Part shown: in pieces, positions 36,931 through 49,839 of the stretch
How positions within the stretch are numbered: the stretch's first letter is position 1
Layout of the letters: each line of letters starts with the position of its first letter
Assembly: GCF_006345805.1 (NCBI RefSeq)
Contig: NC_042999.1
Span: 132,556,001-132,620,000 of the forward strand
From: Octopus sinensis
Taxonomy: Eukaryota
Direction of reading: 5' to 3'
DNA length: 64,000 bases
The notes under the pieces: model-generated
Database searches by the model: none
What the model was told of the DNA's origin: nothing
What the model saw: the letters and a program-made list of their open reading frames with translations, nothing else
Position numbers and translations under genes: made by a program

Positions 36931-37535
36931 AAGGCAGCGAGCTGGCGGAAACGTTAGCACGCCGGGCGAAATACTTAGCGGTATTTTGTCTGCCGCTACG
37001 TTCTGTGTTCAAATTCCACCGAGGTCGACTTTGCCTTTCATCCTTTCGGGGTCGATTAAATAAGTACCAGTTACGCACTGGGGTCGATATAATCGACTTA
37101 ATCCGTTTGCCTGTCCTTGTTTGTCCGTACTGTGTTTAGCCCCTTGTGGGTAGTAAAGAAATAGGTATTTCGTCTGCCGTTACGGTCTGAGTTCAAATTC
37201 CGCCGAGGTCGACTTTGCCTTTCATCTTTTCAGGGTCGATTAAATAAGTACCAGTTACGCACTGGGGTCGATATAATCGATTTAATCCATTTGTCTGTCC
37301 TTGTTTGTCCTCTCTGTGTTTAGCCCCTTGTGGGTAGTAAAGAAATAGGTATTTCTTCTGCCGTTAAGTTTTGAGTTCAAATTCCGCCGGGGTCGACTTT
37401 GCCTTTCATCCTTTCGGGGTCGATTAAATAAGTACCAGTTACGCACTGGGGTCGATATAATCGACTTAATCCGTTTGTCTGTCCTTGTTTGTCCCCTACT
37501 GTGTTTAGCCCCTTATGGGTAGTAAAGAAATAAGA
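36931..37535 (+). mobile_element. SINE family A long-tail form, as a trimer of a 184-bp unit
   Basis: Unit starts at 36980, 37164 and 37348 and ends at about 37532. Confidence 0.9.
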
Positions 37536-38209
37536 ATATAGCGGAACTGTATCCCATATTTGCAGACGGGTTGTTTCCTAGAGATGCAATTGAGTGTGTA
37601 TTTACAGATGTGATATGAAACCTCTTGGTCAAAGTTACAACGAAACTAGTATAGAAAAAATGTAGGTTTTCTCTATTTACTTTTCGATTTACTTTCAAGT
37701 AAACACGCCCTCCCATTCCCATGCACACTCACACACGCGCAGTTAATGTTTCAAATTGGACATTTCATCTCATCCCATTGGCTTCCTTTGTTTGTGCAGC
37801 ATGCTTCATGAGGGTGTTTCAAACCTACTCCCACACCGCAGAACAACGTACACAGTCTACATGCCAAGCCAACCGAGTATCATATTGTTTTTCAGTATTA
37901 CAAGTAACGTCGTAGTTCTGCTAATGACAAAGCAATCCTGTTCTTGCGTCGTAAGGACTTTCAAGAGCACCTTTCAGGAAGAGATACGAGAATCTCTCTA
38001 TGTTTCGCAGCACTTTAATTGCTTGTAAGGTATGCGTTTGATCTTAAACACTTTTAGTGTTATTGACAATCAAAATTCTTCATCAGTGCCTGTCTGGTGC
38101 ATGACATTTTCATTTAATGATATCAGTACTAATTTTCTTTAGTGCATTTTCAGGCAGTCTTTATATTTCTACTTTAGTTTGCCTTGTCGGCGCTTTAGTC
38201 ATACAGGCG

Positions 38210-38820
38210 TACAATGTGGCTAGGCTTATATACTGTATATACATGTTTACAGCATTGCTATACGAATATGAAAAGCGGACAACATATAGCAGACGTCTTA
38301 TATACAACAGACAACATATAGCAGTTTGTGGAACATTTTCATGATACAGGGGTAATAAATACTACAAGCTCATTTGTCAAACATGGAATTTATGTTAACG
38401 ACACAGCGGCCCAGATGGTCTGGTCACATTGTACGCCTAGAGGACAAATGTTTCCCAAAGCAGGTACTGTTTAGTGAGGTGAATCAGAGACAACGCCTGC
38501 AATGCAAGCCAAGGAAGAGATATAAGGTCTGACTGAAAAAATTAACTTAAGAAAATCAGTAATGATCGTTAAAAGGTCGTGGATGTTTGTAAACCATCAC
38601 AATACTAACTACATATGGAGTAGTAGACTTTCCGGGATCAGTACCCTGAATGGAGAAATCAGTCACAAAAGTTCAAAAGTTGCTGATGAAAATTAGAAAA
38701 GATTCTTTAGTCATAACAGGATAACCAAACAAGCAAGAAATATTAAAGAGTATCGGACGTACGTGCTTACAGTTTTACTATATGGCTGTGAAACATGAAT
38801 GACATATAGCAGATACGCAT
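38210..38820 (+). mobile_element. RTE-clade LINE fragments
   Basis: RWSGHIVRLEDKCFPKQVLFSE..KPRKRYK (38370-38540) and YRTYVLTVLLYGCET* (38712-38820). Confidence 0.75.
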
Positions 38821-38834
38821 ATATATCTACGAAA

Positions 38835-38869
<35 letters not shown>

Positions 38870-38997
38870 TACACGCATACATTCATACATGTATAACAAA
38901 TACATACATACATACCTACATGCGTGCATAACACATACATATAAACAAGCATACATAGATACACTTATATCTACATACATGTATATATACTTATATA

Positions 38998-39159
38998 GGC
39001 GTAGGAGTGTCTGTGTAGTAAGTAGCCTGCTTACGAACCACATGGTTCCGGGTTCAGTCCCACTGCGTGGCACCTTGGGCAAGTGTCTTCTGCTATAGCC
39101 TCGAGTTGACCAAAGCCTTGTGAATGGATTTGGTAGACGGAAACTGAAAGAAGCCCGTC

Positions 39160-39210
<51 letters not shown>

Positions 39211-39575
39211 ATCCAAACAAGAAAGTACAAAAATACACAACAACGCGAGGACGTAGCACAAATATAGTATTATTGGACGCTCAGGAAAGAAGGAAAGAAG
39301 GAGGGTTTAACGTTTCGAGCGGAGCTCTTCGTCGGAAACATAGAAGGAAAGATCCACAGAAGGGAATACAGAGGGAAAAAATCGCCAACGATAATACGTG
39401 TGTATATGTTTGTATGTCTGTTTGTCCTCCCAACATCGCTTGACAACCGATGCTAGTATGTTTACGTCCCCGTAACTTAGCGGTTCGGCAAAGGAGACCG
39501 ATAGAATAAGTTCTAGGCTTACAAAGAATAAGTCCTGGGTCAATTTGCTCGACTGAAACAAATAAAAGAGTAAAA
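38998..39575 (+). mobile_element. SINE family B with a ~190-bp hammerhead-bearing module (39207-39395) inserted at its (TA)n run
   Basis: The SINE head and tail are separated by unrelated sequence similar to 19365-19545. Confidence 0.85.
39306..39338 (-). ncRNA. Minimal type I hammerhead motif (U4C variant)
   Basis: TTT-CCGACGA-A-GAGC-TCC-GCTC-GAAA-CGTT-AAA, with palindromic stem III AACGTT. Confidence 0.65.
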
Positions 39576-40325
39576 ATAGTCCTGCGTACATACATATCTA
39601 TATTGATGTATAGCAACATTTGGACTAAATACTTGGACGCAAAGTGAGGATTCCATATGCGAAAATCCATTAATTACCTGCTACGACCAGAAATGTCCAC
39701 AACGATTCTGATCCTGGCAGTCTTTGCTTCTATAGAAAATAAGGAAGTTGAGGCTTAACATCGAGTCAAGCAACCATTGAATGTTGTATCATGTCCCTTC
39801 GACATCATCCTTGATACATAAAGCAAATGGTATCATTAGAGATAAGAAACTTATCTGTGGAATGCATTTCTCCAGTGTTGAACAGGTATATAGAGTTGTA
39901 CTGTTTGTCGCTGCAAAAGCATCTGAGGAATGATATTGTGTTTATCATGATAACGTTATGCATTTTGCTATCAACCCTCAGATAAACTGGAGTATTGTAG
40001 CTTAGGCCAGCAAACACAGGGTACGGACGGGACAGCAAATGTGAGCTCTGCATTAACGAAAATCAACACATCATACCATCTCTCTATGTCTCGCAGCACT
40101 TTAATTGCGTGTAAGGTATGCGTTTGGTCTTAAACACTTCAGTGTCACTGACAATCAGAATTCTTCATCAGTGCCTATATAGTCTTTTGTAACTTTATAT
40201 ATTCTCATTCAAGATGCAGACGAATACCAACATTGCATGTGGAGAGGCTTGATAATTGCTAAGGAACTTTGTCTCGACATGAAATCAACTTATTAACTCA
40301 CAAACACACACACACATTCACACAC

Positions 40326-40372
<47 letters not shown>

Positions 40373-40429
40373 CACACACATAGACATACATACACAAACA
40401 CACAGACATGCAGGAAGTAAATAGACACC

Positions 40430-40805
40430 TTTAATTTTCAAAATCTTTTATTTGAATATTAATTGGATGGAAGAGAGGTTTTCTTCTAGGTGCTCGTCCA
40501 TAATACCCAAGCTTAACACGAGTTTATGGACTAACTTCTAGCTGTTTTGCAATATCAGAAGCCTTCGAACGGGGATCGTTTTCCACAATTCTCTTCAGAG
40601 ATTGATCTTACTTTCCGAGGGCCCAGGTCGGCCGGGACGAGAATCTGTTGATTCTTTTCCTTGGATTTTGAATTGTACTGTAATTCTATTAACAGTAGCA
40701 AGAGGAATTTGAAGATTTTCGGCAATATTTCGCTGGCTCAAATTGCCCAACAATACGACCTCTTTGAAAATCTGACAGTTCTGCTGAATTTTTTGTGCGT
40801 GACAT
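40430..40805 (-). mobile_element. Tc1 transposase N-terminal relic
   Basis: [57 protein letters not shown]. Confidence 0.8.
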
Positions 40806-40957
40806 GCTTACTCTTCGCAAATGTTTAATATAAAGGCACCTAGAATGAAAAAGAATAATTACATTGTAAATTCTACAACGTTGTAAACATTAAGACGTTT
40901 AGATAAGAAATTTTGAAAATGAAATATGTCTATTTACTTCCTGCATGTCTGTGTATA

Positions 40958-41071
<114 letters not shown>

Positions 41072-41083
41072 CACACATATGTA

Positions 41084-41148
<65 letters not shown>

Positions 41149-43331
41149 GGCGCAAACATGCGCCGTGCCGGGCCGGACCATCCATGACAACCTCCACCTG
41201 ATGCGCTACATCATAGACAGGGTAGTTAACGAACCTGGCATGGGTGGGGCGCTGATCAATTTGGATCAATCGAAAGCTTTCGATAGGGTGGACCATCGAT
41301 ACTTGGAGGCAGTCCTCAGAGCGGCTAGCTTCGGTCCCGTCTTCCGCGGCTGGATAGCCGCTTTGTACAGAGGCATCCGTTCGGTAATTCGCGTAAATGG
41401 ACATCCATCGAGACCCATCGACATCGCACGTTCGGTCCCTCAGGGATTCCCCCTCTCGTCGCTTCTATACGTATTGACTCTCGAGCCATTATTGCGGAAG
41501 CTGGCAACTTTGAGGGGAATCCCGCGAGAACTGGGATGCGGGACGAGCGTGTCTGCATACGCGGACGACGTCACCGTCATAGTGTCTAGCCACGAGCACA
41601 TCGAGCAGGTCGGCGAGACACTGAAAGACTACGAAGCGGTGACAGGAGCGAAAATCAACCGGGAAAAGTCAGTGGGCTTGCGACTAGGCACCTGGAGAAA
41701 CAAGCCCATGCCGTCCACCAGCGCCTCCGTCGTGGGACGCTGGACCGACGGCCCGGTTGAGTTGCTCGGGGTCTGGTTTGGTCCGGACCTCCAAGTGGAG
41801 AAGAACTGGAACGAGATAACGAGTAGGGTGGTCACTCTCGCCCGGCAATGGGCCGAGAGGAAACTGTCCCTAAAAGGTCGGGCGGAGGTGGCGAACACGT
41901 ACATCGCGTCCGTCATCTACTACCGCCTGACCGTCGTGCCTTGTCCCGACCCTACCATCACCAAACTAGAACGCTGTCAACACCCGTTAAAAGGAGGACT
42001 GGGAATGCTGTGGTTGATGATGCGCAGACACGCGCTGAGACTGCGACATCTCAGGCTCTTCGTAGACGACGGTGAACAGGTGTGGTCGCCGTTTGTGAGG
42101 CACGCTTTCCCGCAACTCGTCTCCATAACCGAACTGCAGTCGTGGATCAAAAAGAGGCCGAGGAAGGGCGAATGGCACCGCGAGTGTCGCGTTGCTCTCA
42201 AGCAACTCTGCCGTCCTGGGTCGACCTTGAGTGACTTCATCACAACCAAAGCATTCTATAGGGGATTAGTGGAGGGGAGGTACGACGACGAGCTCGGGGC
42301 GAACTTGGATGTCGACGAGGAGTACCTGATCCGCCTGTTCGGGACGACTTTCGGGCCAGGGCCCATGGAAAACTTCCAGAGATCCCTGGCCTGGCAGTGC
42401 TACCGAGAAGCGCTACACGTTCGGGATAAGCTCTACAGACACGGCTCGAGAAACACGGGGCCGACCTGCCCGAGATGCGGTCAGAGCGACGAAACCGTTC
42501 TGCACGCACTCGTGCAGTGTCCAACAATTTCCGACCTGTGGGCTTATGTCGAACAAGTGCTGTCACGTGTGGGACGAGTCGGTTTATCAGCTGAGTCTAT
42601 CGTCAATATTGTCACGCCTCCTTCCTTCAAACGGGAAGGAAGAGCTATTTTCATCATCCCTGTGGCTATGGCGAAATAATGTATCTGGTGGATGCGTCTG
42701 AAAGGATTGGAGACAAACATTTTCCTCTCTGGTCAATCTCTCATCAACTTCTTCAAGTACCACTTGAAAAGGAAAGTGAGAGTAGAGAGGCAAGTTTTGT
42801 CTAGCGAATGTTTTAAAAAAAGATGGGTGAATGTAGCAAGGATGACACGTATGAATGACGAAGCCACCTTGAGCATAATCCTATGAACCCAGAAATTGAA
42901 AACAGAGGGTTACCCACTTGCAAACAAATGTGGTAACATATAACAATATTGACCAAGGTTACCGTGGTCTTTTTCGTAGGCTTTTCTTCCCACGGATAAA
43001 CCTTACTTGCTTTCCCCTTTACACCATATATCATAACACTGTGATAGACGATCCCTATTGATCGTTTTTTTTCCTCCTCCCCCTTTTTCCCCCTTTTTTC
43101 TTTTTTCATTTCTCTTTTCTTTTGTTCCTTTTCCTTTTCTTCTTTTTTTTATTTATTTTTTATTTTATTTTTTTTTGTTCTTTTCTTCCCTTTTACGATC
43201 CCTCTTGATCGAAAACCTACGCCACCCCCTTTTTTGTTTCTTTTGTTTTTTGTTTTTTCATCCCCAAAAGAAAAGCTCTACCTTGTAACTTGTCCCATCT
43301 GTGTGCAGCCCTGTGTGGCCAATAAAGAAAC
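41149..43331 (+). mobile_element. 5'-truncated Tx1/L1-clade LINE: ORF2 RT plus Cys-His motif, one in-frame stop at 42677-42679, ORF end at 42886, pyrimidine-rich 3' UTR, AATAAA at 43321
   Basis: [64 protein letters not shown]; the frame continues as CIWWMR after the TAA. Confidence 0.92.
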
Positions 43332-43427
<96 letters not shown>

Positions 43428-43845
43428 TTATCTATATATATTTACATATGTTGTGAATTGCTGGAAATACGGAATAGAAAAACAGCCGACAACTGATGAA
43501 GGGTCGTCCCTTATGTTACTTGTCTTGTTTTCCATTTGTTTCTTTCGTTGTTCAAAAAAAGTTCATATTGCATGTATACGTATTTCGTATTTCATGTTGT
43601 TTCCGTATTTCATGATGTTTAGCGTTTTGTGACGTCCTGTGTCCACATATGCATATGTATATACATATATATGTATGTATATATGCATATATATATATAT
43701 ATTATTTTATTATTATATATATGTATATATATGTATGTATATATGTATATGCATATGTGTATATATATATGTATGTATGCATGTATGTATGTTTGTATGT
43801 ATGTATGTTTGTATGTATGTATGTATGTATGTATGTATGTATATA

Positions 43846-44347
43846 GCAGGTGGAGAAGGATTGTGCATGAGGGGACAGCCACTTATGAGAAATCTCAAGT
43901 TGCACATGATAAAGTAAGGAGGGATGTCAGGAAGGGCATCGCTGTTACACTTCCAGAGGGGAAGGGTCTTCCTTTGATTCTGACATGCAATGTCTGTGCA
44001 AGACCCTGCTTCAGTAAACCTGGACTCATGAGTCATCTTCGTAGTCATAAAATGAGACAGATGAATGACAACCTGGCCACTGGTGGTGGTGTAACACACC
44101 ATACTAATCATATCTGTTGGGCATGTGGTAGAGAGTGTAATTCGGCAGGAGGACTTAAACGACATGCAAAGGTATATGAAGCCCAGTTACAACTACAGCC
44201 GGCTATTACCAGTAAAGGTTTTAGTTACCAATTTTGTACAAGACATTGTAGATCTTTAGCTGGGCTAAAAAGTCACATTCGATCACAGCACCAGTAACAG
44301 TTAAGCTTCGTGCAATGGCCATACTCGATAACGAGGGGGCAGCCATG
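43846..44347 (+). mobile_element. RTE LINE 3' end with three C2H2-like fingers and a 13-bp TSD
   Basis: [20 protein letters not shown](x12)HLRSH..CWAC(x12)HAKVY..YQFC(x12)HIRSQH*. ATGTATGTATATA flanks it at 43833-43845 and 44348-44360. Confidence 0.85.
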
Positions 44348-44476
44348 ATGTATGTATATAAACGTCACTAAGGTGACTAAGAGTGCAAATCAGTACCAGC
44401 ATTGCTACAAATAAGTCAAAACAACTCTTAGCTATTGGCAAGCACTTTTGGTTTTGAAATTGTGGATAACAACCTT

Positions 44477-44507
<31 letters not shown>

Positions 44508-44616
44508 GCAGCAATAACAATAACAATAATAATAATAATGATAATAATAATAATGTTAATATTATGTAATAATAACAATAATAATAATAAGTAATAATAA
44601 TGATAATGATAATGAT

Positions 44617-44699
<83 letters not shown>

Positions 44700-44714
44700 A
44701 ATATGTGTGTATAT

Positions 44715-45796
44715 ATTTTTCACTGTCCTCTTCACACATGCACGAGATATCCTTTTGCCACTTCTACGTCGGACGTACATCCCGCCATCAGAACCAGTCT
44801 CATTAAACTTCGATTCATCGCAAAAATCAATCTGCGACAACTTTTGTGTCGAAACGACATGTTCGTGAGCAAAACGAAGACAGGCTCTTTGATTCTTCTT
44901 GGAGATCAGAGGTTTCTTTGCCGGTGTCCGAGCAAGAAACCCGCAACTTCGTAACCTCCGAGAAATTGTTTGGCGCGATTAGTTGACATCGGAAGTGGAG
45001 CTAAACTCGCGGGATATTCCAGCAGGACTCTTAAACATATCATTCCGTGACATTCTATCATCATCATCATTGTTCGACCGTGGTCGAGACAATGGAATTT
45101 ACTATGCTACACCAGACTTCACGGTCCATCCTGGCATTACGGAGGTCCTGTTGCTGGATGCCTGTATCCCTGGAGATTACATCAGGGGTAGGAGAGCGCC
45201 CTCTGGCATTGCGAGTAGATGGCTTCCAGAGGAGAGAGTAGAAATTACCTCTTTTTCAGTTCTACAACAATGTCCAGCAAACTGGACTCTCCTACCTTTC
45301 ACAAGAGATGACACAGGTGGTAGTTTCCCATATATTTGCATTTTGGTTGGATGGCGCTTCCACGAGAGATTTTGAGCTCTCATAAGGAGGCATTCTAACT
45401 ATAATACGATCCTGTCTTGGTGAAGTTTTACGAGGTTTTGGGGTTGAGTATCTGTCGATCCTGATGACTTAAAACGAGGTACAATTCGTTGCACAACACT
45501 TCTAGACCTTCCTCCAGTAGTTGCTCTCATAGAATTTCACTTGCCCTTTTGGCGAAGGCACACCATCCTTTGTTTTTCAATACAGGACACCGGTCGTCTC
45601 TCACAAGCCGCCATGTTGACAGTTGAATGTTCCAATAATATAAGATCATAAGAAGTAACTGTTAGCCCATTAACAGTCTTCTAAACAACAAATACCTCGG
45701 TTAGTAGTTCATTTTTTCTAAGTGACCCTTAATTTTTGGCCGCTGTGATAAAATGGCATTTCAAACGAATTTTCCACTTTTCTAGCGACCACCCTG
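44715..45796 (-). mobile_element. Decayed Tc1 element interrupted by an RTE insertion
   Basis: RSVVQRIVPRFKSSGS..PRKTSPRQDRIIVRM | SRQTISRRLRSCGFLARTPAKKPLIS..FCDESKFNETGSDG..VKRTVK. A TIR-like CACCCTGT sits at the right end. Confidence 0.85.
45058..45390 (-). mobile_element. RTE LINE 3' fragment with a (TGA)n tail and 7-bp TSD CATTCTA
   Basis: LMRAQNLSWKRHPT..LPPVSSLVKGRRVQFAGHC. The TSD copies are at 45051-45057 and 45391-45397. Confidence 0.88.
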
Positions 45797-45842
45797 TGTG
45801 TGTGTGGGTATGTTGTGTGCATGTATATATATATATTATATA

Positions 45843-45897
<55 letters not shown>

Positions 45898-46144
45898 ATA
45901 CTCATTACAGATATAGGGTGAAAGATAATTAAGCAAGCATATATATATATATGCTCGAAATAAGGAATAGATAGCCGACAACTGATTAAGAGTCGGTCTT
46001 TATGTTACTTGTCCTGTTTTCCATTTGTTTTTTTCGTTGCTTGCGTATTGAACTCATATGTTTTCGCATTTCATGTTGTTTAGTGTTGGTGATGACCTGT
46101 ACCCATATGTGCATGTGTGTGTATGTATATATATAAAATATGTA

Positions 46145-47817
46145 TCTCTATTATAAAAGCAGATTTTATCTGCCCCTTTGTAACTTATAGAAATCTACAA
46201 TATAGGATTTCTTCAATTACAATTTACCTAGCATTTTTAAGTAGAATGCATCGGGTCATGCCAGTCCAGTTTTTAAAATTTAAACTCCAATTAAGCAAAA
46301 TTACAGAAAACTCACATTCTGGTGTGATGTCAAATGCTTTTCTAATGTGGTTTTACACCACACGCACACGCACACACACAGTGTGCAACGAATAAAATGA
46401 AAGTAAATAGCGACAGAGTGATTTGAGGAAGACTAAACTGAAAGTATTTAAACCACTACTCAAAAAATAAAAAAACAACAGCAAACAGAAAACAAATAAA
46501 TACATAACGATTTACTCCTCACACAATTTCTTCAATTAGAGTTTACCTAAGATTTTTCAAAGTACTCCATTCGGTCATGCCATAATATATTTCTTTCAAT
46601 TTCACCCCCAATTAAGACAAAATTCGAGAAAACTCAATATTTTAACATTTCACTCCGAAAGCATTGATGTACATGTGTGCGTGCGTGAGTGTGTGTGTGT
46701 GTGTGGTGTGTGTTTGATGGTTTGTGCGACACAGAAAGTGTGGTGTGTAAGTGAAGTGCTTTTGTTAGTGTGTGTAAAGAGACAGACAGAGTGAAAGACA
46801 GAAATAACTGAACTTTTTTTATTCACTTTTGTAGTGAGTGACTGAGAGAGAAAAGAGAGAGAGGTTATGTATGTATATATGTATGTATGGCTTCAGTGAC
46901 ACACACACACCAAAACCATACCTACTTACACCTAAAGCCAACGCACACACACACAACACACACACACACACACACACAAGCGGAGCGCGAGTTCAAAATT
47001 TGGTAGTATTAATTTGCGAGCGTACTTCTAAAGCGCGCGTAATTGAAAGTTTTCACTATGATATCATCACGTGCGAAAAAATTCGAAGGGTTTTGAACAA
47101 TTGAGATACAGATGTCACGCCTGTATTGAAACCATTGCTAAGCTGCCGTAATTGCTTAATTAAGACTTTGTTTAAATGAAAGGGCAAATATGTGACGACG
47201 TTGAAAAAAATACCCCAGAAAAAAAAAATGTACTGCTGGTATTTATATAATTCACTACTATTTTGCTACAATGTCATGAAAAAGAAAAAATTGGTATGTA
47301 AATCGAATTCGCCACCCCCTTTTCCCCCGTTCGCGTTTGTGTAAAAAAAATTATTATTTAAGTTTTAAAAATTATTTACTTTGTTTCAAAAAATATTAAT
47401 ATTAATTAATTTTCAAGAATTATTTAATTTTATTCTGTAAATAGTAATTAATTCATTTATCTGCAATCCGCGAGGTTTGTTACTCAGGCACCTAGAATGG
47501 TAACCTTCAACTAACACTATCTCCTCCGAGACCCTGCGGCGCAAGTTGACCAAAATTGAGAGTATGGTAGAAGAAGGGTTGCTCTTCCTTCCGTAGAACA
47601 TAAAATTCAAATCGGACCATGTTAACACCAAAAATTATTTACATCAAAAAGATGCTTTTTTCTATGAAAATCCCTATTTTTTACGATTTTTTTCACTGCT
47701 GTGTCGCCACTTTTCGGTGTATTTCGACCAGAAAAATGTTCACAAAATTTTTACTTTTCAAAATTACAATTCCAGCGGGTCGAAACAAACCCGAGCAACG
47801 CCGGGCGATACTGCTAG
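46145..47817 (+). mobile_element. Non-autonomous Helitron family A, second copy
   Basis: Collinear with 27600-29300, with TC and CTAG termini. Confidence 0.88.
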
Positions 47818-48145
47818 TAATTATATAAAGTATGTATATATATGTATGTCTATATGTATATATATATCACGTGATCACGTGACCGACCGGACCATTAGAT
47901 GTTGCTACACGTCGCTGGTCACAATGCGTTCGCATTGTTTTAGCCTTCGAATGACGCCACCCTGCTGGCTAAGCGAGCAGGCCAACAGAAGAAATAAAGA
48001 GAAAGAGTGATGAAGGAGTACAGCAGGGATCACCACCTCCTGCCGGAGTCTCGTGGAGCTTTTAGGTGTTTTCGTTCAATAAACACACACAACGCCCGGT
48101 CTGGGAATCGAAACCGCGATCCTACGACCGCGAGTCCGCTGCCCT

Positions 48146-48219
48146 ATATATATACATGTATGTATATATATATATATATATAATATATATGTATATATGT
48201 ATATATATATATTAATATA

Positions 48220-48285
<66 letters not shown>

Positions 48286-48289
48286 GTAT

Positions 48290-48363
<74 letters not shown>

Positions 48364-48485
48364 GTATATATATATGTGTATGTATGTACGGATGTATGTA
48401 AATATACATACAACATACTAATATGTATGCAAATTCACACATACATACACGTTTATATATATGTAAATTTTTCTGTCTATCTCTG

Positions 48486-48551
<66 letters not shown>

Positions 48552-48592
48552 CATCTATCTATCTATCTATCTATCTATCTACTATCTCATTC

Positions 48593-48632
<40 letters not shown>

Positions 48633-49471
48633 ACAGAAACACTCACATGTATATATTTACCATCACGCACACATACACACTGATATCTGCCTACCTATAT
48701 GCATCCTCTAATGCACACAGACGACAGAAAATATAACGAAATACAACAAATGTACACTTTAAAGCAAACACAGTCAAGCACATGCAACATACCTATTCAT
48801 GCAAGCATTCTGAGTATATGCAGTCAAACTTAAATTAGCACACAGGTACGCGGGTATAGACGCATACATATATGTATGAAGACATGCACTGACACACTGA
48901 CACACACACGCATACTTCACACAAATGTATACAGTTGTATATGCATATACGTACGTGAGTATATATACATACACACACACACTTATATATATATATATAT
49001 ACATACATATATATACATATATATAAATATGTATGTATATATATATATATTATATATATACATATATACATGTGTATGTATATATGCGTATATATATTTA
49101 TACACACACATACATATACATGCATATATATATGTATACACACACCCGCAAATATATATGAATGCATGCACATGTATATATGGGTGCGTGCCTCTTTCTG
49201 ACTCTCTCTTTCTCTCTCCACCTACTTATTTATCTATCTTTTTTCATATACATACCTGCATGCATATATTATATGTATGCACCTATGCATACATACAATA
49301 TATGATATATGTATGTCTATATACAAACACACTTATGAATACATATATATGAATATATACATACATATACACACACATATATATATATATCTCAATATAC
49401 ATATCTATATATACATCTATATACATATACATACGTACATATATATGTGTGTGTTTATGTATTTATATATA

Positions 49472-49511
<40 letters not shown>

Positions 49512-49615
49512 CATATATACGTATATATATATATAATAAACACACACATATATACATATGTGTGTACGTGTGTATGTGTTTGTGTGTGTGTGAGTGCGTG
49601 TGCGTATATGTGTGT

Positions 49616-49675
<60 letters not shown>
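48146..49675. repeat. Extended low-complexity tract of TA/CA/TCTA/TG microsatellites; similar tracts at 7530-7975, 33280-33820, 50500-50760, 52300-52540 and 60735-61915
   Basis: Read directly from the sequence. Confidence 0.9.
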
Positions 49676-49804
49676 AAACTCATATCAATACGTAGTTAGT
49701 TTGATTGATTGATGATATAAGCCTACGGTAACCTATTGGTATTAATATTTGTCAGCGATTCAGCGATTCAGGAGGGAAAGAAATAGAGAAAGCAAACAAG
49801 GATG

Positions 49805-49839
<35 letters not shown>

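Noticed and set aside
37992-38091. Hammerhead on the minus strand (CTGATGA...GAAAC)
   Set aside because: There is no closing stem II pair or stem I, and the second copy has GAGA in place of GAAA.
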